Below, piece by piece: positions 30,622-39,597 of a stretch of 64,000 bases of DNA; within the stretch, counting starts at the first letter, position 1; the number at the start of each line of letters is the position of its first letter. The position numbers were made by a program, and so were the translations under genes. The DNA comes from an uncultured Planctomycetia bacterium. GTDB lineage: Bacteria > Omnitrophota > Gorgyraeia > Duberdicusellales > 4484-171. Location: contig CAZAYU010000001.1 of NCBI GenBank assembly GCA_964489445.1, positions 274,276 through 338,275 on the forward strand. The letters are read 5' to 3'. The notes under the pieces are model-generated. The model ran no database searches and was not told the origin of the DNA. It worked only from the letters and a program-made list of their open reading frames with translations.

Positions 30622-30626
30622 ATAAA

Positions 30627-31946
30627 TTAACCCCTGTTTTTCTTTAAAGGTCGAGCTGGAACACCAACTACAACCGCAGAAGGCAATACATCCTTAGTAA
30701 CTACGCTTCCTGCCCCAATAATCGCCTGTTTACCAATCTTAACCGGAGAAATTAATACAGCGTTTGATCCGATAAATGCTTCTTTACCAATGCGACTCTT
30801 ATGCTTATTCTTTCCATCATAATTAGCCACTACACTTCCTGCCCCGATATTCACCCTATCTTCAACAAAGACATCACCTAAATAGCCAAAATGCTTTACC
30901 TTTACATTCTTACCTATTTGGCTACGGTTGATCTCTAAGAAATTACCTAAACAAGTATTGTTCTTGATTCTGGTTCCTTTTCTGATTCGAACAAACGGCC
31001 CCAGGGAACAATTGCTGCCAATTATAACATCTTTCTCAATAAACGTAAAGGGATAAATTACAGTATTTTTACCGATTTTTGCCCCTACTTCTATAAAAAC
31101 ATTTTGAAAGTCAACAAGTTTAACCCCTCTATTGATAAGTTCATCTAAAACCCTCTCCCTCATAACTTTACCTGCCAATAGCAAATCTTTTGGTGTATTT
31201 ACCCCTAAAACTTCCTGGGAATCTGATAAAAAATAAGCTAATAGTCCATTTTTCTCTTCATAAGCTATCTTTATCATATCCGTAAAAAAATACTCTCTTT
31301 TCTGTGCATTAATCTTAATTTTAGATAAATTCTGTGATAGATACTTGCGATTAAAACAATACATCCCGCTATTAACTTCCTCCGAAATAAAGGCTTCTCT
31401 TGAATTAATTTGTTTGCTGTTTAACTGACACTTTTCTTTAATTTCCTTAACTTTTCCGTTTGAATCACGTAAAATAGCCCCTAATGAATTTTGCTCCTGA
31501 ACGCCGGCAGTAAGTACACATCCACTGGTCTTTTTATTCAAAAAGAAAGAAATAAATTTTTTGATTGTCTTGCTGGTAATCAATGGGGCATCCCCGCATA
31601 AAATCAAAACATTCTCTCTATTTACCTTCCCTAAGGCAACTTTAACAGCATCTGCAGTTCCCAGCAGTTTTTCTTGATAAACAATCTTGATCTTCCTTGT
31701 ATCAGGAAACATCTCTTTTAATATTTTTTCTACTAAACTACCTTTATATCCCAAAACTACAACTATCTCATCAATACAGTTATTTAAAGAAAGTAAAGCC
31801 CGCAAGACATAATAGATTAAGGGATTTCCCATCAAATCATAAAGCACCTTAGGCTGGGCAGACTTCATCCTCGTTCCTTTCCCGGCAGCTAGTACTACCG
31901 CAGTAAACTTGTCTGGTGATTTAGCTACTTTAGTTTTTTTCTTCAT
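30627..31946 (-). CDS. glmU: Bifunctional GlcNAc-1-P uridyltransferase / GlcN-1-P acetyltransferase
   Basis: 439 aa. N-terminal nucleotidyltransferase (LAAGKGTRM). C-terminal LbH acetyltransferase. Confidence 0.9.
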   Translation of the reverse strand: MKKKTKVAKSPDKFTAVVLAAGKGTRMKSAQPKVLYDLMGNPLIYYVLRALLSLNNCIDEIVVVLGYKGSLVEKILKEMFPDTRKIKIVYQEKLLGTADAVKVALGKVNRENVLILCGDAPLITSKTIKKFISFFLNKKTSGCVLTAGVQEQNSLGAILRDSNGKVKEIKEKCQLNSKQINSREAFISEEVNSGMYCFNRKYLSQNLSKIKINAQKREYFFTDMIKIAYEEKNGLLAYFLSDSQEVLGVNTPKDLLLAGKVMRERVLDELINRGVKLVDFQNVFIEVGAKIGKNTVIYPFTFIEKDVIIGSNCSLGPFVRIRKGTRIKNNTCLGNFLEINRSQIGKNVKVKHFGYLGDVFVEDRVNIGAGSVVANYDGKNKHKSRIGKEAFIGSNAVLISPVKIGKQAIIGAGSVVTKDVLPSAVVVGVPARPLKKNRG

Positions 31947-32120
31947 TACTTTCTCCAGTGGATGTTTTAAGATACTTGAATTACTTTATCTGATATCCAC
32001 TTTAGATTTTTATTATACTGATTATTACAAACAATACAATAAGCTTTTATCTAACATTCACTATAAACTTTTGAAGTATTTTACCTCAGATTTATAAATT
32101 TTGAAATATTTTAATTACTC

Positions 32121-32738
32121 TTATTTTGCGGAAATCACCACAAAGCCACCTTCTCCGAATCCCTCTTTGGGTTTTTGCAATGATTTTATATTTTGCGGCA
32201 GATTGAATATTGTCTGCTGATATCTAATCTGTTTAAAGCCTAATTCTTCCAGCCAATCAGTTAATTGTTTTACGCTAAAGAATGTCGCTTTTTTATAAAA
32301 CAAACTTTTTTTACCTCTGTAAAATTTACCTAAAAAACTCTGTTTATCCACAATCCCTAAGATCAACTTCCCTTTTTCCTTCAAGACTCTTCTAGCTTCT
32401 GTCAATACTTTTAACGGGTCGTTCACAAAACACAAAGCAATAATTATCACTACGTAATCAAATTCATCCTGCCAAAAAGAAAGATCCTCCCCCACGCCTA
32501 AACACACACTAATTCCTCTGCGCTTGGCAATATTTATCATCTTCAGTGACGGATCAATCCCTAAGGAAATTCCTAACTTTTCCGCAAATCGGCCTGTCCC
32601 TACTCCTATTTCCAATCCTTTTTTGTTTCTTGGAACAACTTTCTTTAGCGCCTCTACTTCCGACAAATAAACAAATTCATGTTCATCATACCAACGATCA
32701 TACTGTTTATACTTAGAATCAAATACACTCATTGACAA
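32121..32738 (-). CDS. Class I SAM-dependent methyltransferase
   Basis: 205 aa. Motif I LEIGVGTG. Confidence 0.7.
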   Translation of the reverse strand: MSMSVFDSKYKQYDRWYDEHEFVYLSEVEALKKVVPRNKKGLEIGVGTGRFAEKLGISLGIDPSLKMINIAKRRGISVCLGVGEDLSFWQDEFDYVVIIIALCFVNDPLKVLTEARRVLKEKGKLILGIVDKQSFLGKFYRGKKSLFYKKATFFSVKQLTDWLEELGFKQIRYQQTIFNLPQNIKSLQKPKEGFGEGGFVVISAK

Positions 32739-32741
32739 TAT

Positions 32742-33053
32742 CTAGATTTCTCCCCACCAACCATCATAAAACTTCTGCAGATGTTTATAGAAATCTTCAC
32801 CGTAAGAATTTCGTCTAACATCTTTCTCTTTAAAAGAATACCTGTATCCGGCGCAATATGCTGATAATAAATCCTTGGAAGCAGCAATTTTTTTAAACAT
32901 TGCTTCATGCTCATGTTTTTTTGTATCATTGCATCTATCGGGATGATATTTTAGAGCAAGTTTGCGATACGCTGAATGAATTTTCTTTAAAGTGGCATAT
33001 TCACTCAACCCTAATATTTTTCTTGCTTGATCAATTTCTTTAAAATCCGCCAT
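32742..33053 (-). CDS. J-domain (DnaJ-like) protein
   Basis: 103 aa. HPD tripeptide in a J-domain context (LALKYHPDR). Confidence 0.7.
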   Translation of the reverse strand: MADFKEIDQARKILGLSEYATLKKIHSAYRKLALKYHPDRCNDTKKHEHEAMFKKIAASKDLLSAYCAGYRYSFKEKDVRRNSYGEDFYKHLQKFYDGWWGEI

Positions 33054-33145
33054 TTTAAAATCCTCAGCCTACCCTTTGATATCACTTGGCATAACTTTAT
33101 CTATAAGCTTTTTTGCTTCCCAGCTTAAAAAAATCTAAGTTTCGA

Positions 33146-33349
33146 TTAAAAACAAGTAGGGCACGTACCAGTAGAACAACTCGAACCACTTTGTTTGCCA
33201 GATTTACCCATGCTAAACGTCCCAAAGGTTTTTTGAATCTTTTTACTACCGCACTTTTGGCACTTAATCAAAGATTTTTCCTGAGTTACACCTACCAATA
33301 AATCAAACTTTTCTCCGCATTGTTTACAAATATAACTATATATTGGCAT
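33146..33349 (-). CDS. FmdB-family zinc-ribbon protein
   Basis: 67 aa. CxxC ... CxxC pairs with an FmdB-like N-terminus (YSYICKQCGEKF). Confidence 0.65.
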   Translation of the reverse strand: MPIYSYICKQCGEKFDLLVGVTQEKSLIKCQKCGSKKIQKTFGTFSMGKSGKQSGSSCSTGTCPTCF

Positions 33350-33488
33350 GTCCTCTCTCTCCTTTATTTATAAAATTTATTACCTCTGAAAATAGCTTCT
33401 ACTCTCGGACTTGTTCTCTATTTTCTTTGACCAAGGCAAGATTTCTCTTATCTCTTTGGCTTTTCCTATTCAAGGATTTTATTATTTC

Positions 33489-34397
33489 TTAGTCCTGCAG
33501 CTTATTCCAAATACCCTTGATCATTTCTGTGCTTTCCTCAGCGGCGTATTCAACTATTGTTTTACCATTGACCATTGCCTCTACTATTTTCTTATCGAAT
33601 CTTAATTTACCAACAAACGGAACATTTTCTCTCTGACAATAGCTTTCTATTTTTTCACTCATTTGAATATTTAAATCATACTTATTGACCATCAATTTAA
33701 CCGGCACCTTGAAATGCTTGGCAACCTTAATAACTCGATCAGCATCATGCAACCCGGAAATAGTCGGTTCAGTTACTACCAACGCACAATCTACACCGCT
33801 TAAAGAAGCAATTACCGGACAGCCAATCCCCGGTGAGCCATCAATAATTACATAATCAGCGTTGTTCATTTTAGCTATTTCTTTTGCTTTTTCTCTTACT
33901 AAGAAAACTAATTTTCCGGAATTCTCCTCAGCAATTCCTAACCGAGCATGAACCATAGGACCAAATCGAGTATCTGATACATACCATTCTCCAGATAAAT
34001 TTTCTTTCATTTCTATCGCTTGTTGTGGACAAGCAAAACTACAGAACGCACATCCTTCACAAGCCACCGGATCAACACTGTAAGCACTATTGGCCACGCC
34101 GTCTTCTAAAGCAAAATCTATAGCAAAAAACCGACATAACTTTCTACACAACCCGCATTTATTACACTTGTCTTTATCAATAAAAGCAGTTACTCCACTT
34201 CTAAATTCATGTTTTTCTTTTATTTCGGGCTTAAGCAATAAATGTAAATCCGCAGCATCAACATCACAATCAACCATAACTTTTCCGCGATGAAACAATC
34301 TATCATTATTATAATTATTAGCTAAAGCGGCAAAACTTGCCGTAATTACTGTTTTTCCTGTTCCTCCTTTCCCGCTAATAACTACAATCTGTTTCAT
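33489..34397 (-). CDS. MinD/Mrp-superfamily P-loop ATPase with inserted 4Fe-4S ferredoxin domain (COG1149-like)
   Basis: 302 aa. Deviant Walker A GKGGTGKT. Two Cys clusters (CNKCGLCRKLC ... CEGCAFCSFACP). Confidence 0.75.
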   Translation of the reverse strand: MKQIVVISGKGGTGKTVITASFAALANNYNNDRLFHRGKVMVDCDVDAADLHLLLKPEIKEKHEFRSGVTAFIDKDKCNKCGLCRKLCRFFAIDFALEDGVANSAYSVDPVACEGCAFCSFACPQQAIEMKENLSGEWYVSDTRFGPMVHARLGIAEENSGKLVFLVREKAKEIAKMNNADYVIIDGSPGIGCPVIASLSGVDCALVVTEPTISGLHDADRVIKVAKHFKVPVKLMVNKYDLNIQMSEKIESYCQRENVPFVGKLRFDKKIVEAMVNGKTIVEYAAEESTEMIKGIWNKLQD

Positions 34398-34405
34398 ATT
34401 TTTCC

Positions 34406-35752
34406 TTATATTTGGCCGTTAGCATTTTCTGCCGCCAACACCACCGGATACATCGTAGGCGAGCTAGTTAAATAAGGATGAGTGGCCATTTGCAACGTTT
34501 CTAGCTCCGTAGAAGACATCCTTTTTTGGATAGCAACCCCGATTAGATTTATCATCTCCCCACAAGATATTCCTCCTATTACCTGACCGCCTAAAATAAT
34601 TCCTGATTTACGAGAAAAAATCAGTTTCACTTTAATATTACTTGCACCGGGCAAAGTGCCTGGATGTTTATCTACACCAGAAGCTACCCCGATTACTATT
34701 TCAAACCCCTCTTCTTTGGCACTATTCTCGGTTAAGCCAGCTGAACCTAAAACTAAGCCGTCAATATAAGTAGAATAAATAGCAATCGTCCCTTTATTCT
34801 CTCTAATCACTTTTAATGTGTAAAGATTAGCACCGGCAATTCTTGCTTCCGCAGTTGCGGTAGAAGCAAGCATAACCGGTATATCTCTGCGAGTATAGAA
34901 ATCCCTTTTTCCGACACAATCACCTACAGCAAGAATATCAGGATCACTCGTACGCATATACTCATCTACCCATATACCATGTTTCCTGCCCAAATCTAAT
35001 CCCGCTTCAGCTGCCAATTTAGTATTGGAAACCGCGCCCACACCCAAAATAACACTATCAATGTCTATTTCTTTACCATCAGAAAAACACACCTTTTCCA
35101 CTTTTCCATTGCCTTTAATCTCTTCTACCCGGGTACCAGTCAATACATTAACCTTGCAACTTCTAAGCTTTTCCTCAACAACTTTAGAAAATTCCGCATC
35201 AAAAGAGTTCGCTAAAAGCTGAGGAAGCGTTTCCGCTAGATAAACATTCAAGGTGCCTATTTTAGAAATCTCATCAGCAAATTCTACTCCAATAAACCCT
35301 CCTCCTAGAATTAAAACATTTTTCGCTTTTTTAATTTCAAGAATAACATTTTTTAAGTAATCCATATCCTTGTATACTGGATAAACTCCCTTCTTATCAA
35401 TCCCACGAATAGGCAACATGATCGGCGTTGAACCAATTGCTAAAACTAATTTTTCATAAGAATAATTTTGCCCGCTTTTAGTAATAACTTGTTTTTGCTC
35501 GCGGTCTATCCTAATCACCTCATCTATCACTATCCCTACGTTGTTCTTCTCCAACGCCGTATTAGCCAGTTTATTATCATCAGGATTCTTTAAGCTGGCA
35601 AACATATAAGGTATACCACAAGGAATACACCCATTACCTATGCTTTTTATCAATAAAATTTTCTTATCCGGATAATACCTTTTCGCGGTTATAGCGCTTA
35701 TTACTCCCGCAGGACCACCACCAACTACCAAAATATCTGTTTTCTTCCCCAT
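34406..35752 (-). CDS. FAD-dependent pyridine nucleotide-disulfide oxidoreductase, CoA-disulfide reductase / NADH oxidase family, with an extra CxxC
   Basis: 448 aa. GGGPAG FAD motif. The redox Cys lies in a CoADR-like context (PCGIPY), with an additional Cys three residues upstream (CIPC). Confidence 0.75.
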   Translation of the reverse strand: MGKKTDILVVGGGPAGVISAITAKRYYPDKKILLIKSIGNGCIPCGIPYMFASLKNPDDNKLANTALEKNNVGIVIDEVIRIDREQKQVITKSGQNYSYEKLVLAIGSTPIMLPIRGIDKKGVYPVYKDMDYLKNVILEIKKAKNVLILGGGFIGVEFADEISKIGTLNVYLAETLPQLLANSFDAEFSKVVEEKLRSCKVNVLTGTRVEEIKGNGKVEKVCFSDGKEIDIDSVILGVGAVSNTKLAAEAGLDLGRKHGIWVDEYMRTSDPDILAVGDCVGKRDFYTRRDIPVMLASTATAEARIAGANLYTLKVIRENKGTIAIYSTYIDGLVLGSAGLTENSAKEEGFEIVIGVASGVDKHPGTLPGASNIKVKLIFSRKSGIILGGQVIGGISCGEMINLIGVAIQKRMSSTELETLQMATHPYLTSSPTMYPVVLAAENANGQI

Positions 35753-35762
35753 ACAAAACTCC

Positions 35763-36161
35763 TTATGTTGATTTCAGCATTACACATAATCCATAAATGA
35801 TTTCCATGCCGTTTCTTTTGCAAAAATCAATAACTTCAATACTTTCCGCACCCGGCTGAACCCAGATTCTGTTTATTCCCTGTTGCTTACACTCACCAAC
35901 AATGTTCAATGTAACTTTCGGGGGAGTAACAATGTTTGCAACATTAACTTCTTCGGAGATATCCCTCACATGTCGATAGCATTTCACTCCCTCAAACTCA
36001 GTTAATCCCGGATTAACCGGAAACACCTTATATCCTTTTTTGGTTAACTGTTTAAAAATGCGATAAGCATATTTTTGTTCATTTCGGAATGAGCCAAAAA
36101 CTGCAAAATTCTTTTGGCTTAAAAAATCACTAACTAAATCATCCATTTTTTCCAAAATCAA
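35763..36161 (-). CDS. CoA-binding domain protein
   Basis: 132 aa. Resembles the small CoA-binding Rossmann-like family (FAVFGS ... KGYKVFPVNP). Confidence 0.7.
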   Translation of the reverse strand: MILEKMDDLVSDFLSQKNFAVFGSFRNEQKYAYRIFKQLTKKGYKVFPVNPGLTEFEGVKCYRHVRDISEEVNVANIVTPPKVTLNIVGECKQQGINRIWVQPGAESIEVIDFCKRNGMEIIYGLCVMLKST

Positions 36162-36993
36162 TTCCCGAGCATCGAAGCAATTTTCTAAATAATTCTTGAA
36201 ACTTCTGTTTGTATTCCGGCAAAGCTTCTACGATAGTTATTCCTTTTGAATAAGCAGACGCTATTTCTTTCTTAAACGGAAGCCTCATCAACACCGGGAT
36301 ACCCTGCTTAAAACAATATTCTTCTGTTTTATCATCTCCAAGATCAGAACGGTTTATTACAACACCAAAGGGAATTTTTAATTTTCTTAATACTTCAACT
36401 GCTAAAATTAGATCATTCAATCCGAAAGGCGTAGGCTCAGTAACTAAAATGCAAAAATCGCTTCCATCAATTGACGCAATTACCGGGCAAGATGTTCCCG
36501 GAGGCGCATCAATAATAGAAGTCTTGTCCTTATCTATATACTTCTTAACTGCTTTGATTAACGGCGGGGACATTGCCTGGCCAATATTTAATTTACCATG
36601 AACAAATTCTAAACCCTCTCTTTCCCCTGTTTCCAAAACACCAATTTCTTTGTTAACTTCACTAATTGCTTTTTCCGGACAAAAATAAGCACAAGAACCG
36701 CAGCCATGACATAATTCCGGAAAAACCAACACTGTATCTTTCAACAATGCTAAAGCATTGTACGCACAAACTTGCTTGCAGCGTCCACAAGCAATACACT
36801 TACTTTGATCAACCTCCGGAACGGGAATAAACACTTGTTTTTTCCCGTTAATTTTCGGTTTTACAAAAATATGCACATTGGGTTCTTCTACGTCACAATC
36901 TAAAATCTGGGTGTTGGGAATCGACAATGCTAGATTAACCGCAACTGTAGTTTTCCCGGTTCCCCCTTTTCCACTAGCAACTGAAATAATCAT
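36139..36993 (-). CDS. MinD/Mrp-superfamily P-loop ATPase with inserted 4Fe-4S ferredoxin domain (second copy)
   Basis: 284 aa. GKGGTGKT. Cys clusters CIACGRCKQVC ... CHGCGSCAYFCP. Confidence 0.75.
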   Translation of the reverse strand: MIISVASGKGGTGKTTVAVNLALSIPNTQILDCDVEEPNVHIFVKPKINGKKQVFIPVPEVDQSKCIACGRCKQVCAYNALALLKDTVLVFPELCHGCGSCAYFCPEKAISEVNKEIGVLETGEREGLEFVHGKLNIGQAMSPPLIKAVKKYIDKDKTSIIDAPPGTSCPVIASIDGSDFCILVTEPTPFGLNDLILAVEVLRKLKIPFGVVINRSDLGDDKTEEYCFKQGIPVLMRLPFKKEIASAYSKGITIVEALPEYKQKFQELFRKLLRCSGIDFGKNG

Positions 36994-37000
36994 ATCTCTC

Positions 37001-37603
37001 TCATCGGCAGACGATTATTCCTTCCTGAAATTTACTTTTGAACTTATCCAAGGAATATTTTCTACCAGTCAAATATTTTGCTATTTCTTTTAAACCTACA
37101 TTTCCCTGATCATGTCTTTTGCCATCCTGGCGGTGAATTCTGTCAACCAACTTAAATCCCTCTTCAGTAAAATCACTTAGTACTATTTTTCCTTTTAAAC
37201 TAGCTACTCTCATTAGTTCATCAATAGCCACATACGGATTAAAAAAATGATGAATTACATTTATAGCAATAACTACATCAAATAAGTTATTTTCAAATTT
37301 CAATTTTTCGGCATTAGCAATCTGAAAATCCACATTTTTTTCTAAGCCTAAACTTTCCAAACTCAATCTAGCAATTTTTTGTTCTTCGGCAGAAATATCC
37401 ACACTGACAAAACAAAACCCCTCTCTAGCTAAAACTAAAGTTGAATAGCCTTTACCTGTGCCAATTTCTAATATTTTCCCAGAAAGTGGATAAACTTTAT
37501 GAATAATGAATTTTCTTTCTGCTTCAATATCACAACCAAATTGCTTATACTTCTCTATTCTTTTCCGATATTCTGTTTGCAGCTCTTTGGCCCTATCATT
37601 CAT
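37001..37603 (-). CDS. Class I SAM-dependent methyltransferase
   Basis: 200 aa. Motif I ILEIGTGKG. Confidence 0.7.
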   Translation of the reverse strand: MNDRAKELQTEYRKRIEKYKQFGCDIEAERKFIIHKVYPLSGKILEIGTGKGYSTLVLAREGFCFVSVDISAEEQKIARLSLESLGLEKNVDFQIANAEKLKFENNLFDVVIAINVIHHFFNPYVAIDELMRVASLKGKIVLSDFTEEGFKLVDRIHRQDGKRHDQGNVGLKEIAKYLTGRKYSLDKFKSKFQEGIIVCR

Positions 37604-37607
37604 GGAA

Positions 37608-37832
37608 TCAAACCCTAACCATTTTTGCCCCGCATTTAGGACAATTTACTAATGTGCAAGGAGTTTGCGGCTGATGAGGTACTTTAGTACCACAAGCTGC
37701 ACACACACAATCTCCACCAGGGCCCCTACCTAAAGGACCATCACTCATGTTACCAGCACCTTGCCCCCGACCTATACCTCTACCTGTCCCCGGCCCTCCT
37801 CCGAAAGGCCCTGTTCCGTCTCCTCTTGGCAT
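37608..37832 (-). CDS. Glycine-rich DUF5320-like small protein with C-terminal zinc ribbon
   Basis: 74 aa. N-terminus MPRGDGTGPFGGGPGTGRG. C-terminus CxxC ... CxxC. Confidence 0.5.
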   Translation of the reverse strand: MPRGDGTGPFGGGPGTGRGIGRGQGAGNMSDGPLGRGPGGDCVCAACGTKVPHQPQTPCTLVNCPKCGAKMVRV

Positions 37833-37846
37833 AAATACCCCCTTTC

Positions 37847-38212
37847 TTAACTTGTTCCAAATTTAGAATCGACACTTGGACCGTCAGTTGTTTTAAATTC
37901 TCCTTGTTTATACTTTTCAATTACTTCTTTTACTGTTCCGGATGCACCGGTAATAATCTTGATTCCTGCCGCCTTTAAAGTCTGAAACGCGTTCGGCCCG
38001 ACATTTCCGGTAAGAACTACTTCAACTTTCTTTTCAGCAATAAGTTGACCTGATTGGATACCCGCTCCGCCTGAACTGTTGATGTTTGAATTGTTAACCG
38101 CTTCAAACTCCAATGTACCGGAATCAACAATAATAAAATATTGACATCTTCCAAACCGAGGATCAACGCTTGAATCTAAGTTGTCTCCTTGTGCAGTAAT
38201 ACAAATTTTCAT
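37847..38212 (-). CDS. NifX/NifB-like dinitrogenase FeMo-cofactor-family protein (PF02579-like)
   Basis: 121 aa. N-terminal pattern typical of the family (GRCQYFII ... TGNVGPNAFQTL). Confidence 0.75.
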   Translation of the reverse strand: MKICITAQGDNLDSSVDPRFGRCQYFIIVDSGTLEFEAVNNSNINSSGGAGIQSGQLIAEKKVEVVLTGNVGPNAFQTLKAAGIKIITGASGTVKEVIEKYKQGEFKTTDGPSVDSKFGTS

Positions 38213-38628
38213 CAGTTTATCTCCTTTTGTTCATGCTCACAATTATCTTCGTTGGGATGGTCGCAAGCTGTCTTTTCTGCGCCATACCCTTTTCCGGCCC
38301 CCGGATTACAAAGACTTTCCCCCCCTTGAAGCGTTCCTGACGCAACTTGTTGAGCTATTTCATCTATTTTGCCACTGATCCCCATTATTGCTTCAATTCC
38401 GCTTTCATCAAATAACATTTGAGCCCGTTGGCCCATACCGCCGGCAATAATCGCATTTACCCCTTTTTCTTTTAAAAACTGTGGGAGAAATCCCGGATGA
38501 TGCCCGGGATTATCAATAACCTCTTTGCTGATTATCTGTTTATTCTCTATTTCTAAAATCGTAAATGACGGACAACGCCCAAAATGAGCAGAAACAAAAT
38601 TACTATCTGTAGAAATCGCTACTTTCAA
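38212..38628 (-). CDS. NifX/NifB-like dinitrogenase FeMo-cofactor-family protein (second copy)
   Basis: 138 aa. HFGRCPSFTILE ... AGGMGQRA. Apparent TTG start after the SD GGAGGG. Its stop overlaps the next gene's start by 1 nt. Confidence 0.7.
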   Translation of the reverse strand: MKVAISTDSNFVSAHFGRCPSFTILEIENKQIISKEVIDNPGHHPGFLPQFLKEKGVNAIIAGGMGQRAQMLFDESGIEAIMGISGKIDEIAQQVASGTLQGGESLCNPGAGKGYGAEKTACDHPNEDNCEHEQKEIN

Positions 38629-38654
38629 ATTAACCCTCCTTAAAGTTCGGAAAT

Positions 38655-38689
38655 AAGGGGAAAATAAAGATACACTTTATTTTCCCCTT
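38655..38689 (-). promoter_or_regulatory. Perfect 15-bp inverted repeat (5-nt loop) between the first DUF5320 gene and the NifX-like genes; candidate attenuator or terminator
   Basis: aaggggaaaataaag-ataca-ctttattttcccctt read directly. Confidence 0.4.
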
Positions 38690-38704
38690 ATTTCTCTTTA
38701 CTCC

Positions 38705-39094
38705 TCATTCTCCTTCAGATCCTGAGTTAGCTTCCAGTTCTTTAATCCTTCTGGTTATCGCACTTATCTCTTCCTGCATAACTTGAGCCTCTTCTTTTAA
38801 AGCTCTAGCTTCATCCTGAGCCGACACAGCAGGTACATTATACAACGGATTTCCAGAGGAGACACCATAGCTATTAGGAGCTGCTGCTCTGCGCCATCCA
38901 AAGTTACGTCCAACCCCGCGTCCCCGGCTGAAACCTCTACCAAATCCCCTTCCATAACCAAACCCTTGGTTTGCTCCGGGAATATTGCCCACCAAATTCA
39001 TATAGCCCGGTATCGAATAGCCTGCGCAAACACCTGCTCTTCTCCCAGTCATTGGACCTGAACCCATTGGACCTGTTCTATCACCACCTGGCAT
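38705..39094 (-). CDS. Glycine-rich DUF5320-like protein with C-terminal coiled coil
   Basis: The ORF-track start is 47 codons upstream and overlaps fur. The internal ATG at 39094 is preceded by the SD GGGGTGA and opens with MPGGDRTGPMGSGPMTGRRAG, which matches the family N-terminus. Confidence 0.5.
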   Translation of the reverse strand: MPGGDRTGPMGSGPMTGRRAGVCAGYSIPGYMNLVGNIPGANQGFGYGRGFGRGFSRGRGVGRNFGWRRAAAPNSYGVSSGNPLYNVPAVSAQDEARALKEEAQVMQEEISAITRRIKELEANSGSEGE

Positions 39095-39107
39095 CGTAAT
39101 CACCCCC

Positions 39108-39584
39108 TTATTTTTGCATCCCCTGACACTTATCACACAACCCATAAAATTGAACAATATGTTTAATAATTTTAAAATTATACTTTCGGGAAAGCCCTTT
39201 TTCAATTCTACCCAACAACTCTGCCTCTTCATCAATAAAATCTGTATAGTCGACTACCTTCTGGCAACTTACACAAACTAAATGATGATGATGTGCCTTA
39301 TCTTTAGTTCCTCTGTTTAATTCATAGCGTGCCCGTCCATCACCAAAATCAAATCTATACACTAGTTTTAACTGTACTAATAATTCTAGAGTCCGGTATA
39401 TTGTAGATATTCCCGCTGAAGGATGAATTTTATGAACCTGATGATACACTTCTTCGGCGCTTAAATGTTTACTTGTCTGGGTGAGAACATCTAAAATTAC
39501 CTGCCGAGAAAGAGTTAGCCGATAGCCATGTCCTATAAATCTTCCCTGACATCCTCTCATACATCTACTAAACTTCCTGGGCAT
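39108..39584 (-). CDS. Fur-family metalloregulator (Fur/PerR/Zur type)
   Basis: 158 aa. Winged-helix region followed by HHHHLVCVSC ... CxxC metal sites. Confidence 0.8.
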   Translation of the reverse strand: MPRKFSRCMRGCQGRFIGHGYRLTLSRQVILDVLTQTSKHLSAEEVYHQVHKIHPSAGISTIYRTLELLVQLKLVYRFDFGDGRARYELNRGTKDKAHHHHLVCVSCQKVVDYTDFIDEEAELLGRIEKGLSRKYNFKIIKHIVQFYGLCDKCQGMQK

Positions 39585-39597
39585 TTATTCTCCTTAT

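Noticed and set aside
38705-39235. 176-aa ORF-track version of the DUF5320-like gene, overlapping fur by 128 bp
   Set aside because: The upstream extension has no RBS and encodes a hydrophobic, Cys-containing junk-like peptide. The internal ATG at 39094 has a good SD and begins exactly at the family-typical MPGGDRTGP motif.
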